A stretch of 50,897 bases of DNA from Candidatus Parcubacteria bacterium (GCA_019661865.1 JAIFWJ010000002.1:1-50897); one strand, 5' to 3'. Positions 36,249 through 46,101 are shown, numbered from the stretch's first letter. Notes: generated from the letters alone by a model not told the origin. A program made the numbers and translations.

Positions 36249-37477
36249 AAAAGATTCTTTTAATACTAATTGTTCTAGTTATCCTCGGCGGTGGTTGGTA
36301 TTACTACTCACACAGGAGCACTAATCCACTCGATGGGGGAACTATGGGGACTGACAACCCGTTTGGTAATGCTCCGGGTGGAAACTCTGGTGGAAGTAAC
36401 AGCGGTTCAAACTCCGGCCCAGGTACTGGCTCTGCATCCTCAGGGTCTACAAGCACTGGAGGCACAACGGCAAATGTAGCCCGACTCTTCAAGATCTCTT
36501 CTGACCCTGTGTCAGGCGCAGTCTTCATCACTAGGAATAAGTCTCAATATATACGTTATGTAGACCGAGCTACGGGTCACATATATGATGTGAATCCACT
36601 AAATCTCGAGAAAGTTTCTGCTACCAACAATACCCTTCCAAGAATTTATGACGCTTTATGGAAATCAGATGGAACAAGTGTTATTTTCAGAACTCTAGAG
36701 AGTGGTAGTGACACCGCGGACAACACCTTCATCACTCTTATAGCTTCCAAGTCGACTTCTACAGAACCTCTTTATACTGTTACTTCCACTTCAATGCGCG
36801 GCAATGTGGCTGACATGAAAGTAGGGCCAGGGAATAGTCTGGCTTATGTATTAAGCGATACCGGAAGTGTGGTTGTTTCAAACATCGATGGTACGAAGCC
36901 TACTAGCATTTATTCTTCTCCGTTTACTCAGTGGCGCCTTAACTGGTCTGACGCAGCACATGTGACGCTTACTACTGCCGCTAGTGCATTTGTCGATGGA
37001 TATTCATACAACATAAACATAAGTACAGGAGGAAGAACCAAACTTCTCGGCCCGCTCCAAGGCCTCACTACTCTTATGAGCCCAGACAACCTACGGGTTG
37101 CCTACTCATACAACGACGTAAACGGTATGAAATCATACATAGAAACTATTTCATCGAAATCTTCCGAGGAGTTGGTACCCAACACTCTTGTAGAGAAGTG
37201 CGCCTGGGATATAAAAAATAAAAATGTTATTTACTGCGGAGTGCCAAGCACTGGAGTAGTAGCAGGGGAACCAGATAAGTGGTACCAAGGGATAACACAT
37301 TACTCGGATAGAATTTGGAAATATGATACTACAAATCAGTATGCAGAACTTCTTACTGATCCGAAAAAAAGCTTCAACGTCGATCTAGACGTCATGAAAC
37401 CTAAGATATCCCCTGATGGAAAGTACATTGTGTTTATAAACAGAAGTGACTTATCACTCTGGGCACTTTCACTTTAA
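36242..37477 (+). CDS. Membrane-anchored beta-propeller (TolB/WD40-like) protein
   Basis: N-terminal TM helix, Gly/Ser linker, and WKSDG, SPDN and SPDGKYIVF blade motifs. Confidence 0.75.
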   Translation: MLKKILLILIVLVILGGGWYYYSHRSTNPLDGGTMGTDNPFGNAPGGNSGGSNSGSNSGPGTGSASSGSTSTGGTTANVARLFKISSDPVSGAVFITRNKSQYIRYVDRATGHIYDVNPLNLEKVSATNNTLPRIYDALWKSDGTSVIFRTLESGSDTADNTFITLIASKSTSTEPLYTVTSTSMRGNVADMKVGPGNSLAYVLSDTGSVVVSNIDGTKPTSIYSSPFTQWRLNWSDAAHVTLTTAASAFVDGYSYNINISTGGRTKLLGPLQGLTTLMSPDNLRVAYSYNDVNGMKSYIETISSKSSEELVPNTLVEKCAWDIKNKNVIYCGVPSTGVVAGEPDKWYQGITHYSDRIWKYDTTNQYAELLTDPKKSFNVDLDVMKPKISPDGKYIVFINRSDLSLWALSL

Positions 37478-37479
37478 CC

Positions 37480-38181
37480 CTAGGCTGTTTTCAATTTTCT
37501 TCTTACGAAGATCTCTTGAGCGATGGTGAATAAGTTTGTGGTAAACCAATACAAGGCGAGAACTCCAGAAACTTTATAAGCAATTAGGAACACTAGGACA
37601 GGAAAGACGTATTTCATCTGCTTCTGCATGTTAGCTGCCAAGTCATTGCCGCTACTTTGGGTATTCTGTGAACCTGCCAATCGAATCTGAAAGTAGGTAG
37701 CTAAGGATGCTAGCACTGCAAGGATTACACTTTTCTCTGTAAGATTCAGTCCGAGGAACTGAGTGGAGATATGCGCCGGAGCATGAACAAACGGATAGAG
37801 TATCTGAATATCAACATTTGGAAACCCCGCATGTGTAAAGATTCTATAGAGAGCAAGGATTATGGGAAGCTGGATAAAAAGTAGAAAGAAACTTGAAAAT
37901 GGATTAACTCCTGCTTCTCTATAGAGCTCTAGAGTTTTTTTAGCCTGTTCTTCTGTATTGTTTTTGTATTTTTCTTTTATCTCATTTAACTTCGGGGTAA
38001 TACTTTGCATCTTCACCTGAGTGACAACCGCCTTTTTAGAAATGGGAAAGAGAATGAGCCGCACCAAGATGGTAACAATGACAACGGCAATTCCTGCATC
38101 AGAAAACGGAACCACTGACAGAAGAAAGATCAGAACATTGTAGAGTGGATTGAATATAAGAACGTGATAGATCCAAGTCAT
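37480..38181 (-). CDS. yidC: YidC/Oxa1 membrane protein insertase
   Basis: TILVRLILFP, GVNPFSS, IQLPI and LALYW motifs; rpmH-rnpA-yidC synteny. Confidence 0.95.
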   Translation of the reverse strand: MTWIYHVLIFNPLYNVLIFLLSVVPFSDAGIAVVIVTILVRLILFPISKKAVVTQVKMQSITPKLNEIKEKYKNNTEEQAKKTLELYREAGVNPFSSFFLLFIQLPIILALYRIFTHAGFPNVDIQILYPFVHAPAHISTQFLGLNLTEKSVILAVLASLATYFQIRLAGSQNTQSSGNDLAANMQKQMKYVFPVLVFLIAYKVSGVLALYWFTTNLFTIAQEIFVRRKLKTA

Positions 38182-38188
38182 TGGAGCA

Positions 38189-38500
38189 TTATATCAAAAG
38201 GTCCCTAAGAATTGCCTCCAGACTCTTGCCCCGGAGCTTCTCAGCCCCTGGTCTGGCAGTAAGAAGATAAAGCCCCGGCTTTAACTTAGAGAAAATAGGT
38301 CCAATAGCAGAGTAAACCCTACGCCTGACAGTATTTCGCACTACAGCGCTCTTAGAGACCTTCTTCGACACCGAGACACCCACCCGCACAACCTCAGACT
38401 TACCAGTCTTTAGCAAAAAAGCACCAGAATTAGCCATTTTTTGGCTTTTTTCTAGCTTACTAAACAGAGCTCGCGAGAGCCTCTTGGCTTTAGGGAGCAT
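38189..38500 (-). CDS. rnpA: Ribonuclease P protein component
   Basis: MLPKAKRL and RVGVSVSKKVSKSAVVRNTVRRR motifs. Confidence 0.95.
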   Translation of the reverse strand: MLPKAKRLSRALFSKLEKSQKMANSGAFLLKTGKSEVVRVGVSVSKKVSKSAVVRNTVRRRVYSAIGPIFSKLKPGLYLLTARPGAEKLRGKSLEAILRDLLI

Positions 38501-38634
38501 TATACAGCTAGGCGCTTGCGGCCCTTGTGTCGGCGAGATTTCAAAACTCGTCTACCTCCGCTGGTTTTAGATCTCTTCCTGAATCCATGGACTCGGGCGC
38601 GCTTGCGTTTCTTCGGTTGGTATGTCGTCGACAT
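38500..38634 (-). CDS. rpmH: 50S ribosomal protein L34
   Basis: Hand translation [44 protein letters not shown]; below the ORF-track cutoff. Confidence 0.96.
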   Translation of the reverse strand: MSTTYQPKKRKRARVHGFRKRSKTSGGRRVLKSRRHKGRKRLAV

Positions 38635-38725
38635 GATTTAACAAGTTATGAACACATTATAAACACTTTTCAGCCTTAGAACAAGACTTCCTACCTGAAG
38701 GAGAAAAGTTATACTGTTGTACAAC

Positions 38726-40075
38726 ATGCGAGATTACAAGGAACTATGGCATTCCGTTCTAGTAGAAATTGAACTTGCTATCTCGCGGGCCAACTTTACC
38801 ACCTGGTTTAAAGATACTCACATCGTTAAGGAAGAGGGGGGAACGGTGGTTCTCTCAGTACCCAACGCTTTTGCTAAAGAGTGGCTCATGGAAAGGTACC
38901 ACACCATGATCCTGAAGGCTCTACGGGGGGTAGAGAGCTCCGTCCACGCCATAGAGTATGTGGTAAACAAGGAAGAAACTCGAAGAAGAGAGGAAAGAGC
39001 CTTGGGAGACGCTCTAGGTATGCGAGAGTTGCCCCTACAAGAACCTCAGATAAACAAAGAGGACGGATTGAACCCTCGCTACACCTTCGAGACCTTTATC
39101 ATTGGTCCATTTAACGAGCTTGCTCACGCTGCTGCACAGGCTGTTATAAAGAAGCCTGGGATTATGTATAACCCACTCTTTATCTATGGCTCAACAGGTC
39201 ACGGAAAGACCCATTTAATCCAGGCCATAGGCAACTTTGTGAAAAATACTAGTCCGGGCAAGAAAGTTTTCTATATGACATCTGAGAAATTCGGGCAGGA
39301 CTGCATGAACGCCCTCCAAACTCAGAAAATGTCCGTATTTAAGGAAAAATATCGTAAATACGACGTGCTTATCATGGACGATATTCAATTTTTCTCAGAA
39401 AAACAGAAGTTCCAGGAGGAACTCTTCCACCTTTTTAACACTCTATACGACAACAACAAGCAAATTATCTTCTCTTCAGACAAACACCCACATTTTATCC
39501 CAGGTCTAGAAGATAGACTTAAGTCCCGCTTTGCTGCTGGGATGATTGTAGATATCCCGCCACCAGATCAAGAGTCTCGAATAGCCATACTTATGAATAA
39601 ATCTCGTACTCAGGATCTAAATCTTTCTCCTGAGATTATCGAGTATCTAGCACACTCTATAAGTGGAAACATTAGAGACCTCGAGGGTGTCGTTAACACC
39701 CTGGCGGTCCATGCCCAACTTAAAGGCCGTGAGATTACTCTCTCTGACGCCCGAAACTTCATTAAGAACAATGCCAAGCCGAAGAAGTCTGTGGCCATTA
39801 AAGATATTGTAAAAATAATTTCCGATTTCTACTCAATAGAAGAGGAGAGTATATATGAGAAGACCAGGAGGAAGGAGGTTATTAAGCCCAGACAAATAAT
39901 AATGTACATTTTACGAGAGGATTTCAACATCTCTTACCCCTCTATCGGACAAAAGTTGGGTGGCAGAGACCACACAACAGTTATCCATTCTTGCGAGAAA
40001 ATAAAAGGCGATCTTAAGGAAGACCAGAGTCTGTCGCAAGAAATTAATCAGATTAGGAATCTTTTAGCGGTATAA
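38726..40075 (+). CDS. dnaA: Chromosomal replication initiator DnaA
   Basis: LNPRYTF, NPLFIYGSTGHGKTHL, DDIQF, RLKSRF and GGRDHTTVIH motifs. Confidence 0.98.
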   Translation: MRDYKELWHSVLVEIELAISRANFTTWFKDTHIVKEEGGTVVLSVPNAFAKEWLMERYHTMILKALRGVESSVHAIEYVVNKEETRRREERALGDALGMRELPLQEPQINKEDGLNPRYTFETFIIGPFNELAHAAAQAVIKKPGIMYNPLFIYGSTGHGKTHLIQAIGNFVKNTSPGKKVFYMTSEKFGQDCMNALQTQKMSVFKEKYRKYDVLIMDDIQFFSEKQKFQEELFHLFNTLYDNNKQIIFSSDKHPHFIPGLEDRLKSRFAAGMIVDIPPPDQESRIAILMNKSRTQDLNLSPEIIEYLAHSISGNIRDLEGVVNTLAVHAQLKGREITLSDARNFIKNNAKPKKSVAIKDIVKIISDFYSIEEESIYEKTRRKEVIKPRQIIMYILREDFNISYPSIGQKLGGRDHTTVIHSCEKIKGDLKEDQSLSQEINQIRNLLAV

Positions 40076-40287
40076 CCTGTGGAATAAATGTTTACAAACT
40101 GAAGCTACGAGTGGAATAAATCAGCAGTTATGAACAGAGAAACAGAAAACAAAGAAAAAGCTATCTCCGATATTAATTCTTATACACATTTTAATTTTTT
40201 AAAAAACAAGATTCCATCTCTCAACAAAGAGCTTAAAAAGTTTTCCCCAGTTTCCACACCCCTAATAGTATTAACAAGTATTTATAT
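40076..40287 (+). other. oriC: Probable oriC
   Basis: AT-rich dnaA-dnaN spacer with boxes TTATGAACA (40128), TTATACACA (40180) and tandem TTTTCCCCA/GTTTCCACA (40241-40258), followed by CCC and TAA-TAG-TAT-TAA-CAA DnaA-trio-like repeats. Confidence 0.8.
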
Positions 40288-41400
40288 ATGAAAATAGAAT
40301 CTATTAGAGAAACACTTGTGGACGCAGTCTCTCGGGCGGAGAAGGTGTCAGGAAGAAACACAACCTTACCTGTGCTTGCTGGCATCTTACTTTCAACAGA
40401 CAAAAATCAACTTATTCTAAAGGCCACTAATTTAGATTTGGGAATTACAATTAAAGTGCCCGTTAAGGTTTCTCTAGAAGGAAAGGTGGTTGTACCGGCC
40501 CAAACTCTTAATCAGTTTCTAAACTCTATATCGAAAGAAAAATCTATCAGTCTCGAAAGTGTGAACCAGACTTTAAAGATAGTAACCTCTGGAAGTAGGG
40601 CCACGTTTAAAACTCTTCCTACAGAGGACTTTCCCATCATTCCAGAGCTAAGTGATGACCTGGCCTTCACTATGCCCACACGGGACTTTATAGGCGGTCT
40701 GAAGGCTGTTTCCTTTGCCGCTGCTCAAGGAAGTATGAAGCCAGAACTTTCCTCGGTTTTAGTTTCCTACCAGGGAGATGAATTGGTGTTTGCTGCTACG
40801 GATTCGTTTAGGCTGGCAGAAAAGAGAATTAAGGTAAAAAAGATTCCCCATTTTAATCAACTTCTCATTCCGGCTAAAAACGCTTCAGATGTGGTTAGGC
40901 TTTTCGATGGAATATCAGACGATCTGTCCGTTACCTTAGGAGATAATCAAATTGCCTTGAGGTCGGGAAATGTCTGCTTAACTTCAAGGGTTATTGACGG
41001 AACGTTCCCGGACTATAAACAGATAATTAAACAAATTTTTCTTGAAGAAAACATTTCTAGGGTCGTAGTTCTAAAACAAGATTTAACTAATGCTCTTAAA
41101 ACAGCTGTCGTCTTTTCAGATAATTTTAATCAGCTTATTCTAAAGGTAGTTCCTAAAGAAAAAGTCTTTCAGATAGAGTCTAAGAACAAGGATGTGGGAG
41201 AGAATGAGCAGTCTGTGCCAGCTGTGATAGAGGGTAAGGAGGTGACGATGAGTGTTAATAGCAGATATTTCACTGACAGTTTCCAGTCCATAGGGGTAGA
41301 TAGCATGAGTTTAAGTTTTAGTGGTGAGGGCCGGCCGATCTTGATACAAGGAGTGGGTGATAAAAGCTTTTTGTACATTGTGATGCCAATGAATAGATAA
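40288..41400 (+). CDS. dnaN: DNA polymerase III beta clamp
   Basis: ATNLD, ATDSFRLAE, SRVIDGTFPDY and IVMPM motifs. Confidence 0.97.
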   Translation: MKIESIRETLVDAVSRAEKVSGRNTTLPVLAGILLSTDKNQLILKATNLDLGITIKVPVKVSLEGKVVVPAQTLNQFLNSISKEKSISLESVNQTLKIVTSGSRATFKTLPTEDFPIIPELSDDLAFTMPTRDFIGGLKAVSFAAAQGSMKPELSSVLVSYQGDELVFAATDSFRLAEKRIKVKKIPHFNQLLIPAKNASDVVRLFDGISDDLSVTLGDNQIALRSGNVCLTSRVIDGTFPDYKQIIKQIFLEENISRVVVLKQDLTNALKTAVVFSDNFNQLILKVVPKEKVFQIESKNKDVGENEQSVPAVIEGKEVTMSVNSRYFTDSFQSIGVDSMSLSFSGEGRPILIQGVGDKSFLYIVMPMNR

Positions 41401-41415
41401 GTTTAAATAGATAAA

Positions 41416-41673
41416 ATGAAAAATCTTGACTCTTTACTGGAAAGAATCTCGAAATCACTGGGTAGGTCTGTGGTAGAGAAAGATCTAGTAATTTCGTGTC
41501 TTAAAAAGGTGCTAGATATTAGCTTCCTAGCAGAGGATATATCTATAAAAAATGGCACACTTGAAATTCACACAACTCCAACCAAGAAAAGTTTAATAAA
41601 AATTAAAGAATCACAAATTTTGCGAGAGCTTAACGAGGGTGGAGTTAGAGTAGAAAGAGTTTTCTATAAGTAA
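41416..41673 (+). CDS. Putative minimal DciA (DUF721-like) protein
   Basis: 85 aa directly after dnaN with the pattern I.I.NG.L.I....P..KS.I......IL..LN. Confidence 0.55.
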   Translation: MKNLDSLLERISKSLGRSVVEKDLVISCLKKVLDISFLAEDISIKNGTLEIHTTPTKKSLIKIKESQILRELNEGGVRVERVFYK

Positions 41674-41683
41674 TTAAAGTAAT

Positions 41684-43921
41684 CTAGAAGAATGGAATGC
41701 CAGTGCCGTATCCGGCGCCGTTTTGCTCTGGTCTTGGCTGAGATTGGGTTGGTTGGGCGGGTTGAGTGTTCGTTTGTATTGTCGTTCCAGCTTCACTAAC
41801 ACCGTTTTCTGTAGCCCACTTGCGCACAGAGTATTCCCAATTCTTAAACTGGGGATCGGATGCAGGGTTTAGGGGTATTGGACCGCGAGGATTGTTTTTA
41901 TCTACCCAGTAGAGTATCGAGTGTACACCTCCAGTGACAGTCTCTACAGAGTTGTAACCATTACTTGATACACTAGAGACTCCACCTTGCCAAATACCTC
42001 GAAGCACAGGTTTTAGTGTTGGATCAATTGCCGGAGGTGCTGGAAAAGTTTCTACAGGAAGGTTGGGTAGAATCTGATCCATTAGTGCTCGCCACAGAGG
42101 TGCAATGATGTAACCAGAAACTTTTTTATCCATTGGAGTGTTGTCATTATTTCCTGCCCAAGCACCCACGGCAATGTTTGGTGTGTATCCCACAATCCAG
42201 GCATCTTTATAATCATTGGTAGTACCAGTTTTTACCGCAACCTGCCTATCGGGGAAATAAAGGACCGAGTTAGCGCCGTAGGCAGGAGTTCTAGCCGCAT
42301 TATCCGAAAGAATACTGCTTATCATCCGAGCTGTTTCGGAAGGGAGTACAGGCTTAGGAGACTGGGCAAAGCTCTGAACCACATTTCCACTTAAGTCCTC
42401 AATACGAAGGACAGGATTATATGGATTTCTCACACCGTCGTTTGCAAAGGTTGAGTAAGCAGAAACCATGTCGAGTAGAGTTACCTCCCCGCCTCCAAGC
42501 ACAAGTGTTAATCCATATTGGTTCGAATCGGCTAGTCCTTGAATTCCCATGTTATGGGCCAAGTTAATGGAGTCTTGGATGCCGGCAAGATAAAGAGCTT
42601 CGACTGCGGGAATATTTATAGACTGAGCTAAGGCATCGCGGATTGTCATAGGACCTCGATATTTCTCGTCGTAGTCAACCGGAGAGTAGCATCCATTTTC
42701 AGATGTTAAGTCGTCGGACTTACAAGCACTTGAGAATTGAGTAGGAACATCGAAGAGAACGGTACTCGGAGTGTATCCTTTATTAAACAGTGTTGAGTAG
42801 ACGAATGGTTTAAATGTGGAACCGGGTTGTCTATGAGCCGTGGTGACATTGAAGTTGCCCCCATTAGCTGTGTCGAAATAGTTTCGTGATCCAACCATGG
42901 CCAGAATGTCGCCGGTTTTCGGATCTATTACAACTATGCCGTTATTCTTGGCGTGGAATTTAGTTTCATTTATGTCACCGTACTCTTTGGCTACTGCCTC
43001 GGCCTTCTTCTGGATGTCGTAGTCGAGTGTGGTAATTACTTTAAACCCTCCTCGCTCTAAGAATTCTGGTCCGAATTTATTTTCCAGATAATCGATAATG
43101 TAGAAGACGAAGTGAGGAGCTTTCAGTCCAGAAGCTTCCTCCTTTGGTCTAAATGTTACTACCTCAGCCATAGCCTTGTTGTAGTCATCTTGTGAGAGGA
43201 AGTTATTTGTAAGCATTTCCTTCAAAACTAAATTCTTTCTACTCTCCAAGGCTTCGCGGTGTTGTCCATAAGGTGAGTAGTAGCTTGGAGCCTTGGCTAG
43301 AGCGGCTAAGTATGCAGCTTCTGACACGGTTACATCGTGCGAGGATTTGCCGAAGAAGTTCTGGGAAGCTTCTTCAACTCCGTATATTCTTCCTCCATAA
43401 GGGATTTCGTTTAGATAAAGATTAAGGATTTGATCTTTGGAAAGAGCTTTGTCGAGTTTTATGGCCAGTATCCATTCCTTCAGTTTCCTGGTTGGGGTTT
43501 TATCATTGGTGAGAATGGTGTTTTTAACTACTTGTTGAGTGATGGTTGAACCTCCTTGGTTAAAGGAGAGCGTGGCCACGTTTACAAATATGGCTCGCAT
43601 GATGGAACTTATCTTTATTCCTCCGTGGTTATAAAAGTCCTTGTCCTCAATAGCAAGAGTTGCGTCCTTAATATTCTTAGAAATATTCTCAAACGGTACT
43701 TGGGTTCGGAGGATATCCTGAGACATGTCATAAAGAAGCACGGTGCCCGTGCGATCGTAGATCTTCGCTGACTGAACGACCTTCCTGTCTGAAAGATCAT
43801 CAAGTGACGGCAGGCGCAAGGTGGCCAGCCAGAGAAAACCTCCTCCCAACACAAAGAGTAATATCGAGAGAATTATAAACCACCTATTGCGGCGCAAATT
43901 GCCCGCACGACGCTCCTTCAT
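41684..43921 (-). CDS. Class A penicillin-binding protein (PBP1A family)
   Basis: IEDKDFY.HGG, QGGSTITQQ, RKLKE transglycosylase motifs; STFK, SIN and KTGT transpeptidase motifs. Confidence 0.96.
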   Translation of the reverse strand: MKERRAGNLRRNRWFIILSILLFVLGGGFLWLATLRLPSLDDLSDRKVVQSAKIYDRTGTVLLYDMSQDILRTQVPFENISKNIKDATLAIEDKDFYNHGGIKISSIMRAIFVNVATLSFNQGGSTITQQVVKNTILTNDKTPTRKLKEWILAIKLDKALSKDQILNLYLNEIPYGGRIYGVEEASQNFFGKSSHDVTVSEAAYLAALAKAPSYYSPYGQHREALESRKNLVLKEMLTNNFLSQDDYNKAMAEVVTFRPKEEASGLKAPHFVFYIIDYLENKFGPEFLERGGFKVITTLDYDIQKKAEAVAKEYGDINETKFHAKNNGIVVIDPKTGDILAMVGSRNYFDTANGGNFNVTTAHRQPGSTFKPFVYSTLFNKGYTPSTVLFDVPTQFSSACKSDDLTSENGCYSPVDYDEKYRGPMTIRDALAQSINIPAVEALYLAGIQDSINLAHNMGIQGLADSNQYGLTLVLGGGEVTLLDMVSAYSTFANDGVRNPYNPVLRIEDLSGNVVQSFAQSPKPVLPSETARMISSILSDNAARTPAYGANSVLYFPDRQVAVKTGTTNDYKDAWIVGYTPNIAVGAWAGNNDNTPMDKKVSGYIIAPLWRALMDQILPNLPVETFPAPPAIDPTLKPVLRGIWQGGVSSVSSNGYNSVETVTGGVHSILYWVDKNNPRGPIPLNPASDPQFKNWEYSVRKWATENGVSEAGTTIQTNTQPAQPTQSQPRPEQNGAGYGTGIPFF

Positions 43922-43951
43922 AAATGCATTCTAACATGCTAGATTACTTGA

Positions 43952-45349
43952 ATGGAAACCGATATTGAGTCCCTCATTACACGCGGAGTTGGTACCTTTA
44001 TCGACCCCGAAGGTAGCTTCAAGGAGAAACTTCTCAAAAAAGCTCAGGGTGAATACCCTCAAGATATTGTTATAAAACTTGGAGTGGATCCATCTCGTCC
44101 TGATATTCACCTCGGTCACGCAGTGATCTTACGCAAACTCCGTCAATTTCAAGACGTGGGCTGTAAGGTTATCTTTCTAGTAGGAGACTTCACGGCCCGC
44201 ATTGGAGATCCAGAAGGAAAAGGCAAGACTCGACCCGAGATTGAACAAGCCGAAGTAGATAAAAATGCCCAAACCTATATTGATCAAGTTGGGAAAATTT
44301 TACGAACCGAGGATCCGAAGCTTTTCTCCTGGATTAGAAATTCTGATTGGTTCACCAATATCACAGACCTAAATCTTCCTGATGATTACCAAATATCACT
44401 CGATGTCACAGTGGATGAAAAGACTGCTAAGGTTAAATTTCCTCCGAACTCCACTGTTGGCAAGGCCATTGTCTTCGAGGAATCTCGTATGCAGAAGAAG
44501 TTAGGCACGCCAGGGATTTACAGTATTACTCTAAACGGACTTCTTTGGACTCTTCGACACTTCACCTTCTCCAGACTCTCCGACAGAGATATGTTTCAAG
44601 ATCGCTTGAAAGGTGGAGGAGAACTCTATATGCATGAGATGCTCTATCCAGTTCTCCAGGGGATTGATTCTGTGGCTATCGCACGTATATATGGGTCATG
44701 TGATTTGGAGATTGGTGGGACGGATCAAACATTTAACATGCTTGCAGGTAGAGATGCCATGAAAGCAAACAAGATAGCTCCTCAATCGGTTATGTCACTT
44801 GAAATTCTTCCCGGACTTGACGGCACAGAGAAGATGTCTAAGTCCTCAGACAATTACATTGCCATTACGGATTTATCAGGAGATATGTACGGCAAGGTTA
44901 TGTCTATACCGGACGCAGTTATCCCACAATACTTCCGTCTAGCAACATACACTCCGGACAATGAGATAAAAAACATTGAAAAGAAACTTGGGGAGAATAA
45001 GGAGAACCCTCGCGATATAAAAATGCGTCTTGCACGTGAGATCGTGGCTATTTATCACGGAGAAGAAGCCGCTAAGCATGCAGAGGAGGATTTCGTTTCT
45101 ACGTTTAGAGATAAGAGCGTGCCTAAGGACACCCAGAGAGTTAAAGTTTCTTCTGGAACTAAGCTCGTGGACGTAGTTTTATCCCAAGGACTAGTTGAAT
45201 CAAAGAGTGAGTTCGCTCGTCTAATACGTGAGGGAGCAATCAGAAATGCTGAAAGCGAGGAGGTCATCAGTGCTCCAGACTTCACGATCGAAATTTCCCA
45301 GACCTTGAAAATTGGCAAGAGACGGTTTATATCTATAGAGATTCTTTAG
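43952..45349 (+). CDS. tyrS: Tyrosine--tRNA ligase with an internal insertion
   Basis: DPSRPDIHLGH, YPVLQGID, GGTDQ, KMSKS motifs and C-terminal S4 domain. Confidence 0.96.
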   Translation: METDIESLITRGVGTFIDPEGSFKEKLLKKAQGEYPQDIVIKLGVDPSRPDIHLGHAVILRKLRQFQDVGCKVIFLVGDFTARIGDPEGKGKTRPEIEQAEVDKNAQTYIDQVGKILRTEDPKLFSWIRNSDWFTNITDLNLPDDYQISLDVTVDEKTAKVKFPPNSTVGKAIVFEESRMQKKLGTPGIYSITLNGLLWTLRHFTFSRLSDRDMFQDRLKGGGELYMHEMLYPVLQGIDSVAIARIYGSCDLEIGGTDQTFNMLAGRDAMKANKIAPQSVMSLEILPGLDGTEKMSKSSDNYIAITDLSGDMYGKVMSIPDAVIPQYFRLATYTPDNEIKNIEKKLGENKENPRDIKMRLAREIVAIYHGEEAAKHAEEDFVSTFRDKSVPKDTQRVKVSSGTKLVDVVLSQGLVESKSEFARLIREGAIRNAESEEVISAPDFTIEISQTLKIGKRRFISIEIL

Positions 45350-45364
45350 AAGTTAACAGACAAC

Positions 45365-46069
45365 ATGAAATCACAAGAAAAGCAGCGCGGCTTGATTATT
45401 CCGCTTATAGCCCTAGGGGTGATGCTCGTCCTCGGAGGTGTGCTTTACTATTACTCGCATCGGGAGAATGGCCAAATAGCCCAGAACGGTAACCCTGCGG
45501 CTATAGGAGTCGTAACCAGTACACCCGTCGTCTTGGGCACACTTACCCCAGGACCCGTATTTGGAGAGGTAACGCCTTCCAGGCCTATTACCTCAAGTCC
45601 TAAGCCCATAAAGCCTAAAGTTACCCGGCCCATAGCTACCTCTTACAGATATACCGGAAGTGCCATAGAGGGCTTAGCCGAGGTCTCAAGTCGGGGGGTA
45701 CTTGCTGAAAGGCTGGGTTGGAATACCTTTACTAACCGAGATTACAGCTATGCCCTAAGTTTCCCTCGTGAGTGGTCACAAGTTGGAGGGGGGAACCTGG
45801 TTCTTGCTGGAGCCGGAGGTGCACAGGTTTCTGTCTCGGCTGGAAGTGTGGCCGGACAAGATCTCGCCACGTTCGCGGTACAAAGTGGAGCAACTAGTGC
45901 CACAGCAACTACGGTAAATGGGTACCAAGCAGTGAAATCCTACGAAGGAGCTTCAACGGTATATTACATAGTAAATGGAGATATGGGATACCGGATCGCT
46001 CTCAGTGGAGTCTCGGAAAGCTTAAGTCGGGCGATACTTCTCACATTTACCTTCACTTCATATAGATAA
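45365..46069 (+). CDS. Membrane-anchored protein with Pro/Thr linker and PsbP-like C-terminal domain
   Basis: N-terminal TM helix; W.TFTN..Y.Y.LSFP.EW and TTVNG motifs. Confidence 0.7.
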   Translation: MKSQEKQRGLIIPLIALGVMLVLGGVLYYYSHRENGQIAQNGNPAAIGVVTSTPVVLGTLTPGPVFGEVTPSRPITSSPKPIKPKVTRPIATSYRYTGSAIEGLAEVSSRGVLAERLGWNTFTNRDYSYALSFPREWSQVGGGNLVLAGAGGAQVSVSAGSVAGQDLATFAVQSGATSATATTVNGYQAVKSYEGASTVYYIVNGDMGYRIALSGVSESLSRAILLTFTFTSYR

Positions 46070-46071
46070 AT

Positions 46072-46099
46072 GATAAAACCCCTTAAAAGGGGTTTTATC
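46072..46099. terminator. Bidirectional terminator
   Basis: GATAAAACCCCT-TAAA-AGGGGTTTTATC between convergent genes. Confidence 0.85.
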
Positions 46100-46101
46100 G
46101 A

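Noticed and set aside
25036-37477. Conjugative ICE
   Set aside because: No relaxase, coupling protein, integrase or boundary repeats are visible; the cluster is embedded among core genes.
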